Both the position numbers and the translations under genes were made by a program. Source: a virus. Taken from it: a stretch of DNA of 64,000 nt. The notes beneath the pieces are model-generated. The model searched no databases. It saw only the letters and a program-made list of their open reading frames with translations, and was not told where the DNA came from. Of this stretch, positions 49,060 to 58,936 are shown piece by piece. Numbering within the stretch: position 1 is the first letter of the stretch; each line of letters begins with the position of its first letter. The stretch is from positions 20,122-84,121 of the IMG/VR virus record IMGVR_UViG_3300008267_000019. One strand, written 5' to 3'.

Positions 49060-49372
49060 TATTCTTTAATAATTTTGTTAGATACTCTATCTCATCTACA
49101 AACTTTTGCTGATGAGGTACTTCTTTTACTTGCTGTTTTAACCAATTAAGATTTGCTCGTAAACATCTAATAGCATAAGTAGGATCAAACTTTTTAATCT
49201 CTTTATGCGGATTAAATATTACTTCTAATGCTCCTTCTAGAGATTCTATTTCTTTTAAAGTTTTACCGTATACACTATAAGTTTCTTTTAGAATTCTTAT
49301 AAAAGAATTTAGCCTATCTAGATCTCTATTTAAAATTCCAATAGAAAACTTTAAATCACTTGGGTGTTCCAT
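49046..49372 (-). CDS. Hypothetical protein
   Basis: 108 aa helical ORF in the operon. Confidence 0.5.
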   Translation of the reverse strand: MEHPSDLKFSIGILNRDLDRLNSFIRILKETYSVYGKTLKEIESLEGALEVIFNPHKEIKKFDPTYAIRCLRANLNWLKQQVKEVPHQQKFVDEIEYLTKLLKNNVKD

Positions 49373-49908
49373 TCTTGCTCATTATTATCATCGTTAATAA
49401 ATACTTCCCATTGCTCCCACATAGCATTATTCATTACTGTTTCCATGTTTGGAAGAAAGTTTAATTTGCCAGCTCTCTTTTGATAACTAACAAATGCTTG
49501 AATAGCTAATACAGCTTTTTCATGCGCTTCAACACTTTTTACTTTTGCTAAGTATTTTTTCTTGTGTTTTTCAGAAACCTGCGCACTCTCTCCAGAAGCT
49601 CGGAGAACCCTACTGCCAATACGAATAGGATAGGAATTATAAAATTCCCAAAAATTAATATTAGCATTACGTAATTGAAACAATTGCTCGACATGTTTTT
49701 TGCTTATTATAGTTTGTGTAAACTTTCCATCTTTACTAAGTATATAATCACTATCTTCTAAAGAATTTCTCAATTTTAGAGCTCTTTCTTTACCAAAAAG
49801 CTCTAGAATTTCTTGAAAGTTTTCATAATATAACAAATATAAAACTATAGCTTGATCAGGAGATAGTAATTTCTTCTTGAGCGTCGATAGATTCAGAGTT
49901 ATTTGCAT
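49351..49908 (-). CDS. Conserved replication-region protein (possible helicase loader/initiator)
   Basis: F.EFY..YP...R.LR and N..WE.W motifs; lies between the SF2 helicase and DnaB. Confidence 0.5.
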   Translation of the reverse strand: MQITLNLSTLKKKLLSPDQAIVLYLLYYENFQEILELFGKERALKLRNSLEDSDYILSKDGKFTQTIISKKHVEQLFQLRNANINFWEFYNSYPIRIGSRVLRASGESAQVSEKHKKKYLAKVKSVEAHEKAVLAIQAFVSYQKRAGKLNFLPNMETVMNNAMWEQWEVFINDDNNEQEWNTQVI

Positions 49909-51100
49909 AAGTATATAGATTTAAGAATTCTTCAAGTTCACATATTATAACTCTATCCTTACTTATTCCTTCAAGACGTTTTTTCATCCAAACTTCTTCT
50001 TGAGTTCCAGGAGTATAAAGGTTTATTATAATTGCTTCCTTGTCGGGTTGTTTTCTAACTACTCTGCCTAATTGCTGAATAAATGTACGCTTAGTACTTG
50101 TAGAACCTGCTATAATAGCTAAAGAACAATCAGGCACATTAAAGCCCTCATTTAAAGCTTGTACAGAACTAAGAAATCTAACCTTAGTTCTTTTATCTTT
50201 AAATTTCTTCACTATTAATTCTTGGTCTTTGCGTTTGATTTTACTGTGAAAAGTCATGCAGATATCGCCTAAACAATCTTGTAAGTCTTCAGCAAATTCT
50301 GTAGTAGCACTAAATATCAAGCCATTGCGATCTGATAACGCATCTATAATTTGCTTAGTAACAACTATTTTATTGTAGTTATTTTGGCAAATATTCTTAC
50401 GTTTTCTCATAGAATTATAATAAGCACCTGCTTGTCCTTGTAAAGCTTTGTCACTAGATTTAAGATAACTAGTAGCGTTTTTAAAAGCTTGACCACCATG
50501 GCCCAGTTTAGCAGCAAAATGCTTAAATGCATTATTAGCTTTATTATATTCTATTTGATCAGTTGCAGATAGTTCTACAGGAATATTATATACTACATAA
50601 GGCGCAATCCATTCGTTATCTAAGGCATCGTCTACCGTTACCTCGTCAAATACAGGAAGATATTCAAGAATTAATTCATGAAAATTATCTTCACGTTCAA
50701 GAGTTGCTGTTAAGCCTAGTATATAACTACTTAACACATTATCAAAAATACTTCTAAAACTTTCAGCAGCATATCTATGAATCTCATCTAAGACTAACAT
50801 ATCTACTTTATGCTTTTGTTTAATGGCTGAGTTAATTACCATTACTTTAGCAAAAAGTATTTTGTTTTTCTTTAGTTCTACTTCCCATTGTGCTTTAAGT
50901 TCTAGAGTAGGAACAACTACAAGACAAGATTTAATTCCTGCTTTTGTAACCATACCTTTAATACCTCTAATTGCTGTGTAAGTTTTACCAAAACCTGTAG
51001 CTGCCTGAAAAATACCGCAAAAACCTGATTTACGCCAGTTTCTCAATACTTCTACTTGACGTTCATCTCTAGTTAATTTTTTATTTTGCATCATTGACAT
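49856..51100 (-). CDS. Superfamily 2 DNA helicase
   Basis: ATGFGKT, DEIH, GLTAT, LNEGFNVP and QQLGRVVR motifs. Confidence 0.9.
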   Translation of the reverse strand: MSMMQNKKLTRDERQVEVLRNWRKSGFCGIFQAATGFGKTYTAIRGIKGMVTKAGIKSCLVVVPTLELKAQWEVELKKNKILFAKVMVINSAIKQKHKVDMLVLDEIHRYAAESFRSIFDNVLSSYILGLTATLEREDNFHELILEYLPVFDEVTVDDALDNEWIAPYVVYNIPVELSATDQIEYNKANNAFKHFAAKLGHGGQAFKNATSYLKSSDKALQGQAGAYYNSMRKRKNICQNNYNKIVVTKQIIDALSDRNGLIFSATTEFAEDLQDCLGDICMTFHSKIKRKDQELIVKKFKDKRTKVRFLSSVQALNEGFNVPDCSLAIIAGSTSTKRTFIQQLGRVVRKQPDKEAIIINLYTPGTQEEVWMKKRLEGISKDRVIICELEEFLNLYTYANNSESIDAQEEITIS

Positions 51101-51524
51101 CTATTAATTTATAAGTTCTTACTGCTTTCCACCCATTTTTGTGTAAATATGAGGGAACCGATTTAGCAACGCTAACAGGATATACATTATTGGCCATCCA
51201 TTCTTTATAATACATACCTACATGCTTTTGAACGTAATCATCGCTCACAAGTCTTAATAAATGTATTATAGTACTATGATCTTTACCAAATATTCTTCCT
51301 ATTTCAGATTTATTTAGCCCTAAAGCAAATAATTCTTTTGCTGTTATTCTTCTCATTTCTACTACAAAAGAATTTTGACATTTTTTAATCTTTAAAAAAT
51401 AATCTCTTATAGGAATTAAGAAATTTAATAAATCCACTTCTTTTTGTAATTCTTCTAATTGTTCTTCATAAGATTTTTTTACATCAATTCTTTTTTTTGC
51501 TATTCTTCCCATTAGTGTTTCCAA
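51081..51524 (-). CDS. Protein with a DnaA C-terminal-like HTH
   Basis: EIGRIFGKDHSTIIH matches the DnaA domain IV signature IG..FG.DHTTV.H. Confidence 0.65.
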   Translation of the reverse strand: METLMGRIAKKRIDVKKSYEEQLEELQKEVDLLNFLIPIRDYFLKIKKCQNSFVVEMRRITAKELFALGLNKSEIGRIFGKDHSTIIHLLRLVSDDYVQKHVGMYYKEWMANNVYPVSVAKSVPSYLHKNGWKAVRTYKLIDVNDAK

Positions 51525-53521
51525 TTAATTGTTATACAAGGATCCGCACTAAGTTTAATAGTCTTACAAAATACATCGCCAGCTTTTTCCATGCATTCTT
51601 GCAGTACTTTGCTGATATCCTCAGCCATATCTTTAGGAGCTTCAACAATCCATTCGTCATGAACTACATTAGGCATCTTTACTTTAAATACTAGATTGTT
51701 TTCTAATAAATATCTAAAGAAATATATACCTGCAAGTTTGGTAATATCCGCAGAAGTACCTTGAATAGGATAATTAAGAGACATTCTCTCAATGTCACCT
51801 TTTTTCATAAAATACTCACGAACTTTTGGCTTGTAATAATTCTTAAAGATAGTAGAATCCATCGACTTTTCCAACTTATAACTCTCCCAAAATCCATCAG
51901 TTTCATAAATTTCTTTATGCAATTTTTGATACTCATCAAAGAAAGGAATAAAACATTTTCTACCGCTAACATTATTAAACTGTACATAACCCAAAGCAAG
52001 AGCTCTAGACTTTTCTTGTTTAAAATAATCAGCAAGGCCAGGAAAAGCTTTAAAATAAGCCTTGTAAACCGCTTCACCTTCTTCTATGGATAAACTTAGG
52101 TTTTGAGAAATAGTTATTCCTGTACCGCCATAATTAATAGCAAAACCTGCACCCTTAGCAATTTGTCTTTTACCCTTGTGATTCTCTTTAATTTCATCAA
52201 GAGTTAAATTAGATAACTCAGGAAAAATCTTAGAGGCAATAAAACTATGCATATCACCAAGACCTTCTTTATAGAATCTAATAAGATCCTTGTCTAAGCT
52301 TTTGTTAGCCAATACTATTTGTTCTTGACCGCTATAGTCGCTTACAATTAGTAAGTTGCCAGACTCAGATTGAAAGCATCCTCTAGTTCTATTATCGCTA
52401 GGAATATTTTGCATATTAGGCATTTGCGGAATACCTTGTTTAGGTTTACCTTTTTGACCAGAAGATAGTCTGCCAGTATTCATAATTTGCGTATAATTAC
52501 TATGAATTCTGCCTGTTACAGGATTAATATAGTCAAACCAATTATCACCATAAGTACTTACTACTTTTTGGTGCTCAGTATATTCTATATAGGTACTTAT
52601 AATTGGGTGTTTCTTCTTTTGAGGACCCAATACTTTCTTGTCTACAGAATGCTTCATTAATCCTGTCTCTTTGTCTTTAGTCAAAGTATCTACACCTAGA
52701 CTTTGCATAAAAGGAATTACTTGTTTAGAAGAAGCCCAATTAAGTTTACACTTAGTTCCTTCTTCAAATAAACTTAACTGATTGTCTATATAAGAACTAT
52801 ATTTGTCTTTATTTTCTAAAATAAATTCATCAAGTTTTTCCTTTACAGCATTTAAATCTTTTAAGTCATCTTCGCATTTCTTTTGCCAATCTAGTCTGTT
52901 CATAAACATACCGCAGTATTCTATATAAGCAAGTACTAATACAAATTGATTGTCAAGAGAAGCAGTTTTAGTGAGTTTCATCTCTTCTAATGCTACTTCT
53001 TGCTTACGTTTAATTTGATGTAAATACTTTACGTCATCTGCCGCATATTTTATAACTCTTGTACTTAAACCTTCTCGATGTATATGCCCACGTACAGTTT
53101 TATCTAGTTCTATTTTGCAGTATTTATACGCTACTGCATCTAGAGATCTTCTTGCTGTATCTATACCAGTTGTTAATATTCTTTCTACAAGAAAACTGTC
53201 ATAGATTTTTGTTGGGACTATTTGATAATAATACAGGAATCTAAGGTCAAACTTTGCATTATGCATTATTAATTCCTTAGATTCTAAGAGTTCTTTATAT
53301 AGCTTAGGATTTATAGTACTACAGTCTATTACAAACTGTTTCTCATTATCACCGAGCTGCATAGACAATAAATCCTTTGTATAAGGATCTAAACCTCTAG
53401 TTTCTGTATCAAAACCAATAACATCTAAAGTTTTAAGATATTCTAGAGATTCTTCGACAGTAGCCATAGAATATCCAGACGGGCTAAACATAGCCTGTTG
53501 ATTTGTTACTAAATAAATCAT
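51512..53521 (-). CDS. polA: Family A DNA polymerase with 3'-5' exonuclease
   Basis: Exo motifs FDTET, HNAKFD, YAADD; TGRLSS, NMQNIP; motif A DYSGQE, motif B RQIAKGAGFAINYG, NYPIQGT; motif C VHDE. Confidence 0.95.
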   Translation of the reverse strand: MIYLVTNQQAMFSPSGYSMATVEESLEYLKTLDVIGFDTETRGLDPYTKDLLSMQLGDNEKQFVIDCSTINPKLYKELLESKELIMHNAKFDLRFLYYYQIVPTKIYDSFLVERILTTGIDTARRSLDAVAYKYCKIELDKTVRGHIHREGLSTRVIKYAADDVKYLHQIKRKQEVALEEMKLTKTASLDNQFVLVLAYIEYCGMFMNRLDWQKKCEDDLKDLNAVKEKLDEFILENKDKYSSYIDNQLSLFEEGTKCKLNWASSKQVIPFMQSLGVDTLTKDKETGLMKHSVDKKVLGPQKKKHPIISTYIEYTEHQKVVSTYGDNWFDYINPVTGRIHSNYTQIMNTGRLSSGQKGKPKQGIPQMPNMQNIPSDNRTRGCFQSESGNLLIVSDYSGQEQIVLANKSLDKDLIRFYKEGLGDMHSFIASKIFPELSNLTLDEIKENHKGKRQIAKGAGFAINYGGTGITISQNLSLSIEEGEAVYKAYFKAFPGLADYFKQEKSRALALGYVQFNNVSGRKCFIPFFDEYQKLHKEIYETDGFWESYKLEKSMDSTIFKNYYKPKVREYFMKKGDIERMSLNYPIQGTSADITKLAGIYFFRYLLENNLVFKVKMPNVVHDEWIVEAPKDMAEDISKVLQECMEKAGDVFCKTIKLSADPCITINWKH

Positions 53522-53628
53522 TGATTAATCTCCTTCTTCGTTATTGTAATATTTCATAGGAAAAGACTTTTTCCTTCTTTTGGATCTAAGTATATTTTTT
53601 AAATAAATAATAAATTGTGTTTTATTTC

Positions 53629-53811
53629 TCATTTGTCTTTAGGTAAGAAATTAATATAAGCTTGGGCTTTTCTTTTAGTGCCCCACCAACCAATATTACC
53701 AGCATGATCACGTACATATTTCCAACGAGTATACCAAGATTTCTTGTACATAACATTAAATCCTTCCAAGTTGTTTATAGATTTTGCATCTACTACTTTA
53801 TACTTAATCAT
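53629..53811 (-). CDS. Hypothetical protein
   Basis: 60 aa basic, aromatic-rich ORF. Confidence 0.5.
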   Translation of the reverse strand: MIKYKVVDAKSINNLEGFNVMYKKSWYTRWKYVRDHAGNIGWWGTKRKAQAYINFLPKDK

Positions 53812-53821
53812 AGCTTTTAAT

Positions 53822-54682
53822 TTAAAAAATATATCTTATTGTATTCCACGGAATAACTTGATCATGTAAATTTATAAAATCTTTAATATATTCTCGCTTT
53901 AAATCATATCTATATCTAATATTTTTACCTCCATATTGAGAAGTTTTAACTTCTTGAATATCAGGTGTCCATAAATACTCTTCGCCAGGTATATTTTTTT
54001 CTAGATTATATAAATGTTTGCTTTGATTGTGTGTTAAGAAAATCACCTCTGCTTTTACTAATTCTTTATAGTCTACATAGTTATTTAGCATTTCAAATAA
54101 TTCTTCATAATCTTCTTGCCAGTTGTTATAAATAACTACAGGAGAAAAATTTACATGCACATCATAACCCGCTTCTATAAATGCATCAATAGCTTTAATT
54201 CTATCTATTATCTCACTAGTATTAGGTTCTAAAATACTTGATAGTTTTTGAGGCATAAGACTGAATCTAATGCGCACCTTGTATTTAGGATCAAATTCTA
54301 AAAAATTAACAGGTACAATTTTAGTAGCTAGAGTAGCTTTAGCAACAGGATGATCTCTAAAGAAACTAAAAATATCCTGCCAAGGATAATATTTAGAATG
54401 CAAAGCAAAATCTTCATTACAGGAAATATCATAAGTTATATACTTATCATCTGTTTGATTAGGTTTTTCTACATCAGCATAGAAATATGCATGATTATTA
54501 ATGCTAGTTAATATATCTCCTATATTTTTAGCAACGCTTAAACCTTCAGGTTTATGGCGTTTCATATAGCAATAAGAGCATTTTAACAAGCAACCGTAAC
54601 CAAAAGATGGAGTAATATAATCACTAGATCTACCTGATTCTCTAATCTTAAAAGTTTTTCTAGTTACTTTTTCTAATATCAT
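53822..54682 (-). CDS. Spore photoproduct lyase-like radical SAM protein
   Basis: GCLLKCSYCY cluster motif, ATK, RIRFSLMP, EP.TS....RI.A...F..AGY.VH.NFSP and YGG..IRY as in SplB. Confidence 0.85.
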   Translation of the reverse strand: MILEKVTRKTFKIRESGRSSDYITPSFGYGCLLKCSYCYMKRHKPEGLSVAKNIGDILTSINNHAYFYADVEKPNQTDDKYITYDISCNEDFALHSKYYPWQDIFSFFRDHPVAKATLATKIVPVNFLEFDPKYKVRIRFSLMPQKLSSILEPNTSEIIDRIKAIDAFIEAGYDVHVNFSPVVIYNNWQEDYEELFEMLNNYVDYKELVKAEVIFLTHNQSKHLYNLEKNIPGEEYLWTPDIQEVKTSQYGGKNIRYRYDLKREYIKDFINLHDQVIPWNTIRYIF

Positions 54683-54918
54683 AATTTCTCCAATTCTTGT
54701 TTAACTTCATTTAAATAATTTCTCTGCTGTTCACACCACTTACCTATATAGGTATTTAAATCTGTGAATAGTAGCATAGATATCATCTGATTAACTGCAA
54801 TTAATGCCGATTGTTTAGAAATTCTTTTGGATGTATCAATAAAATGTTCATCTTCATCATCCTCAAAAATCTGATATATTTTATCAACTAACTCTTTTGC
54901 TTTCTCTTTTGGTGTCAT
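54679..54918 (-). CDS. Hypothetical phage protein
   Basis: MTPKEKAKELV...ALIAV...Y..EVKQELEKL; overlaps the SPL-like start. Confidence 0.6.
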   Translation of the reverse strand: MTPKEKAKELVDKIYQIFEDDEDEHFIDTSKRISKQSALIAVNQMISMLLFTDLNTYIGKWCEQQRNYLNEVKQELEKL

Positions 54919-54995
54919 ATAATTAATTTTTTATAAATAATCGGATTTTAAGCGTTTAAGCTTAAATTATTTTACAATTTCTTAAGTTTATAAGC

Positions 54996-55223
54996 TTAAT
55001 TTCTTAAATCTACTCCGTATCCGTTAATAGTTTCATTTAAAAACTCTCTAAGTTTTTCTACAGTTTTATATGATTTAGAATCAAGAGTTTCATCATATTT
55101 TAAATATCTTCTTAATTCTTGATCCATATCCCATATAATCATTTTCCATTTGTATCCATTAAGAGCATCTTGTATTTCTTCAGCTTCTTCTATTGTGTCA
55201 AATTCTATTGTTACTTTTCCCAT
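54996..55223 (-). CDS. Hypothetical phage protein
   Basis: 75 aa; W....WD.DQ.LR...KY pattern. Confidence 0.6.
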   Translation of the reverse strand: MGKVTIEFDTIEEAEEIQDALNGYKWKMIIWDMDQELRRYLKYDETLDSKSYKTVEKLREFLNETINGYGVDLRN

Positions 55224-55233
55224 GTTACTTTAT

Positions 55234-55491
55234 TTAAAGTTCATCAAATTGTTTCTGCAACTCTTCCAGTTCAACAGTTACTAACTCTATCTCTTTTTCA
55301 ATAGCTTCCTGCATTATACTTTCATTTCTAAAATATAAGTCATCCACTATATTGTGTGGACCAACTCTGAACTCTAATTTTATTTTTGACAAGTTACAAC
55401 CTTTAGCATGATGTAGTTTATTTCTATAAGTATAGAGTGAATTATATTTTTCTTTTAACTCTTTAGCTTTATTAAATATATTATCTTCCAT
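55234..55491 (-). CDS. Hypothetical protein
   Basis: 85 aa ORF in the operon. Confidence 0.55.
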   Translation of the reverse strand: MEDNIFNKAKELKEKYNSLYTYRNKLHHAKGCNLSKIKLEFRVGPHNIVDDLYFRNESIMQEAIEKEIELVTVELEELQKQFDEL

Positions 55492-55492
55492 C

Positions 55493-55873
55493 CTATTCTG
55501 ATTTATTTTCTACAATCTCAATTAGTTTTTCAAGACAATGAAGTTCTGCTTCTTCATAGGTGCTATAAGCTGCAGATGTATAGTATTTTTCTTTAAATTT
55601 TTCAATGTAAAATCTATATCTTTCTTTTGAGGATTCTTTTATATAAGAACAATACTTATACTTCTCTCTAAACCATCTAAATGCTTGTTGGTATAGTGGT
55701 GCTAATTCATAATAAACCGATATATTTGTTTTAGCAATAGCTTTATTTAATGGTTCTAACCTAAATTCAATCCCTATCCCAACATTATTAAACCAATGTG
55801 CAACACAAGGTTCATCAAATCCAAGTTGCTTCATTCTTAAAGCCAACTCATAGGGTATAAATTCTTTTTCCAT
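55493..55873 (-). CDS. Hypothetical phage protein
   Basis: MEKEFIPYELAL.MK.LGFDEPC...APLYQQAFRWFREK...TYEEAEL.CL.KLIEIV. Confidence 0.65.
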   Translation of the reverse strand: MEKEFIPYELALRMKQLGFDEPCVAHWFNNVGIGIEFRLEPLNKAIAKTNISVYYELAPLYQQAFRWFREKYKYCSYIKESSKERYRFYIEKFKEKYYTSAAYSTYEEAELHCLEKLIEIVENKSE

Positions 55874-55885
55874 ACTATTTATTTT

Positions 55886-55919
55886 AAAAAAATAAAGGCA
55901 GATATTACTCTGCCTTTAT
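55886..55919 (-). terminator. Intrinsic terminator
   Basis: ATAAAGGCAGA/TCTGCCTTTAT stem with a U-tract on the - strand. Confidence 0.65.
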
Positions 55920-55920
55920 A

Positions 55921-56334
55921 TTATAAACTGTCTAAACATTTTTGCACCCATTTAGTACTAAACCAACAGAAAGCATTGTTTAAATATACTTTAGCGTTTC
56001 TATTAAAATAAGATACAACAACTGTTTGATTTAAAATACTCAATGTTTTAGATTCTTTAGTTTCTATAACTTGATTAATAATATTAAAGAAATCTATCAT
56101 ATCTTGTTTAGAACTAAACATAATAGATTCATACACACTTATTTGTTGATATTGACAATCTTTAAATGTTAGAGAATAACTTTCTGTAGAATCAGGATTT
56201 ACAGCTTTATATATAGCATGAAATCCCATAGTATGCCTATAAACATCTTCTACTTTTGCTGTTTCTTCTACAGTAATTTGAGAATAAAGATTTAGATTAA
56301 ATAATACTGTTAGTATTAAGATTAAGTTTTTCAT
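55921..56334 (-). CDS. Secreted/periplasmic protein with signal peptide
   Basis: MKNLILILTVLFNLNLYS|Q, a Bacteroidota-style signal peptide ending before Gln. Confidence 0.65.
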   Translation of the reverse strand: MKNLILILTVLFNLNLYSQITVEETAKVEDVYRHTMGFHAIYKAVNPDSTESYSLTFKDCQYQQISVYESIMFSSKQDMIDFFNIINQVIETKESKTLSILNQTVVVSYFNRNAKVYLNNAFCWFSTKWVQKCLDSL

Positions 56335-56351
56335 TTGATTAAGTTTTTAAA

Positions 56352-56453
56352 TTATTTATCGTTGTCTATTACTTTGCATATTAATAACCCTATTATTATG
56401 CCTAATACAATTCCTAGTGAGAACATAGTCATTTCAAAATTATTAATAGCCAT
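56352..56453 (-). CDS. Single-TM micro-protein, 33 aa (not in ORF track)
   Basis: MAINNFEMTMFSLGIVLGIIIGLLICKVIDNDK*, starting 2 nt after the previous stop. Confidence 0.5.
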   Translation of the reverse strand: MAINNFEMTMFSLGIVLGIIIGLLICKVIDNDK

Positions 56454-56455
56454 GA

Positions 56456-56647
56456 CTATTCTCTTGTTACTTTAGGAGATATTACTAATCCTTCTTGTAT
56501 AACTTTGTCAAGTATTTGTGTATGCTGTGTTATACTTGTAGCTTGTACATCGTTTTTGCCTATATTACTTAAAATAGCAATTTCGATGTCGTTTTCTGGA
56601 ATCAATACAATCTTAGTTGTACCATTCATTAAGACTTCTACTTTCAT
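56456..56647 (-). CDS. Hypothetical protein
   Basis: The ORF-track start at 56689 lies inside a terminator hairpin; ATG at 56647 (MKVEVLMNG) has an A-rich leader. Confidence 0.55.
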   Translation of the reverse strand: MKVEVLMNGTTKIVLIPENDIEIAILSNIGKNDVQATSITQHTQILDKVIQEGLVISPKVTRE

Positions 56648-56674
56648 AATATAAATTTTTAAAGTTTTTAAATT

Positions 56675-56701
56675 AAAAAAGCGGGACACTCTTCTCCCGC
56701 T
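56675..56701 (-). terminator. Intrinsic terminator
   Basis: - strand AGCGGGA-gaagagtg-TCCCGCT followed by a U-tract. Confidence 0.65.
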
Positions 56702-56798
56702 AGAACTTACCTATTCGCATTAAACCTATGTTGATCTATAAATTTTAACAGGATTTATATAACCTCTTACCTAATGGTAGAATTTGAGAATATCTAAG

Positions 56799-57065
56799 TT
56801 AATAAAAAGGGTTATTTCTACCAAGTTTATTAAAATATTCTTCACGACGAGATTCTAATTCCCAGTCGAGATTAATAATATCATTAAAATGGTCAAAACA
56901 TTGTTCATAGTTGTCTACATCTTCTTTAAGACATAGTACATTAAAGAATTGAGTTATTAAATCTGCCCTTTCTTGATTATCTTTTGGTTTATAATCAAGT
57001 TCTATAGTGCGTAAGTATAATCCCAAATCTTCTAATCTTACTCTTTCTCGTGTTTTACTTTGCAT
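56799..57065 (-). CDS. Hypothetical protein
   Basis: 88 aa ORF. Confidence 0.55.
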   Translation of the reverse strand: MQSKTRERVRLEDLGLYLRTIELDYKPKDNQERADLITQFFNVLCLKEDVDNYEQCFDHFNDIINLDWELESRREEYFNKLGRNNPFY

Positions 57066-57096
57066 TTTTAAAAATATTTAAGAGGCTATTAATAAT

Positions 57097-57134
57097 AAAA
57101 AAAGTAGAGAGTAGCCTAAAGACTACCCCCTACT
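57097..57134 (-). terminator. Intrinsic terminator
   Basis: - strand AGTAGGGGGTAG/CTACTCTCTACT stem (with G-U pairs) and U-tract right after ORF 57148..57663. Confidence 0.7.
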
Positions 57135-57147
57135 GTCATTTAAGTGA

Positions 57148-57663
57148 TTACTCACCTAATGCGTCCGAAATCAAAGAAGACGGACGAGCTTCAACACGTG
57201 TTGTGTTGTCAAGAATTGTGTGTTTTGGCGCACCTGCTACAACAGTAGTACGAACATAGATATATTTACCATCTTTCATGATATAATCTCCGTCCTTACC
57301 TGCTCTTTTAGCACGAGTTTCAAAGTTTTGTACATCATATTCAGAACCTTCAGTAGTTTCTGTAATTTGAATGTTTAACTCTCTGTCATCTCCTGCTATT
57401 TTAGGATTAGCCATGTTGATTTCTAATACATCACCTTCAGCAAGACCAGATACGTCAATGCCAAAATATTTTTGTACATCTGCAGGCTGAACAGCTAACC
57501 ATGCATATCTTGGTTTGTTAGATTGATTAAATCTTTCATCAGATTCGTTTAATAAACCTAAAATGCTTGTAGGTGCTTTACCTGTTTCTACAATTTGAGA
57601 AAATGTCAATTGAACTTTTCCTCCTTTAACTCCTTTTGCTGATTCTAAAACGATAGTTTTCAT
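57148..57663 (-). CDS. Hypothetical early protein (beta-rich, possibly OB-fold)
   Basis: 171 aa with its own terminator and an A-rich leader. Confidence 0.6.
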   Translation of the reverse strand: MKTIVLESAKGVKGGKVQLTFSQIVETGKAPTSILGLLNESDERFNQSNKPRYAWLAVQPADVQKYFGIDVSGLAEGDVLEINMANPKIAGDDRELNIQITETTEGSEYDVQNFETRAKRAGKDGDYIMKDGKYIYVRTTVVAGAPKHTILDNTTRVEARPSSLISDALGE

Positions 57664-57894
57664 AATAATAAATTTTAATAGATAAATAAATAGATAAATA
57701 AATGCCTTGGAGTTTCAGACTTATAAAGTCTATCTTATTTAAGCAGGCTTATTAAATAAGATTTGTAACTATTGCTGTATTTTTTCGACGATGCTAACAG
57801 CAGTTACTAATAAATAAGAAAAAAGATTTTTGATTAAATAAAAAATGCCAGTACTTTAATAATTTCCTGGCATTCCCCCTTTAAAACATATTGT

Positions 57895-58332
57895 TTAATG
57901 ATAATATTCTGGTAGTGGATATCTATAAGCTAGGTAATCCTCAGTATATGGATCATAGTTAATCCTTATATACTCATCTTTATCAAACTCTAGATATACA
58001 CTAGAGTAATGTCTTGGTTCTATATCTGCAGGTGTAGTGTAGATAACTATAGTTTTATCTTTAGTTTTAAATCTAATTTTATATTCTTGATTTTTATTCA
58101 AATTAAATACTATTCCTCCTTGATCTTGTGATGTTTTAAAATCAGGTAAATAATTTAATTTATCATTAGTTAAACCATTTGATAATATTTCTCTAGATAC
58201 TACCTCTGCAATATCATATGTTATAGTGTCTTGAGTACCTATAAAAAAGTAATAAGACATTTGATTTAAATCTCTTTGTGAATAACATCCAAAAGAGATT
58301 ATAAATGTTAGAGTTATAATTAATGCTTTCAT
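57895..58332 (-). CDS. Secreted/periplasmic protein with signal peptide
   Basis: MKALIITLTFIISFGCYS|Q signal peptide. Confidence 0.6.
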   Translation of the reverse strand: MKALIITLTFIISFGCYSQRDLNQMSYYFFIGTQDTITYDIAEVVSREILSNGLTNDKLNYLPDFKTSQDQGGIVFNLNKNQEYKIRFKTKDKTIVIYTTPADIEPRHYSSVYLEFDKDEYIRINYDPYTEDYLAYRYPLPEYYH

Positions 58333-58354
58333 GATGTTAGTTTTTAAATTAATA

Positions 58355-58615
58355 CTATTGATATTCTTCTACATAAGCAAGAGCTTTTAATGCAAGCCTG
58401 CAATGAGTAAAGTTATTTGTTAATGCTTTTACATTGTTAACTTTAGTAAGATTAGTTACTTCATATTTAGTTATGTCAGGTTGTGATTCATAATGTCTTT
58501 CATAAACCATTTCCAATACATCTAGTTCAAAATTATCAGGTCCATTAGTATAGAATACTAATAACATGCCGTCATCGAACTCGACTTTTACTTGGTATAA
58601 ATTATCTTGTTCCAT
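58355..58615 (-). CDS. Hypothetical protein
   Basis: 86 aa ORF. Confidence 0.55.
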   Translation of the reverse strand: MEQDNLYQVKVEFDDGMLLVFYTNGPDNFELDVLEMVYERHYESQPDITKYEVTNLTKVNNVKALTNNFTHCRLALKALAYVEEYQ

Positions 58616-58696
58616 AATGTTTTTGTTTTAAAGGTAAAAAATAAAGAGTTGCATATTGTATATATACAACTCTTTTCAGATTTAAAAAATCTAGTA

Positions 58697-58879
58697 TTAT
58701 CTATAACAATTGTTAAGATTGAATACTCTAGTGAAGAAATGTTTGATTGCTCCACTTCTGTAATGTTTCTTGTAATTATATCCTTTCTTAGGATGTCCGT
58801 CATGTTTAATCTCTGACGTTGATGCAAATGTATTAGCACTCACTGTTGCTAATAATAAAATTAAAGCTAACTTTTTCAT
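58697..58879 (-). CDS. Small secreted basic peptide
   Basis: MKKLALILLLATVSANTFA| signal peptide followed by a K/H/R-rich mature part. Confidence 0.6.
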   Translation of the reverse strand: MKKLALILLLATVSANTFASTSEIKHDGHPKKGYNYKKHYRSGAIKHFFTRVFNLNNCYR

Positions 58880-58936
58880 AATGTTTATATTTAATTATTA
58901 ATTGATTACGCTATATATTATTCTGTAGATTAAATA

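Noticed and set aside
51805-52077. Alternative-frame ORF within polA suggesting a frameshift or intron
   Set aside because: PolA is continuous from motif A through B to C in one frame, so no interruption is needed.
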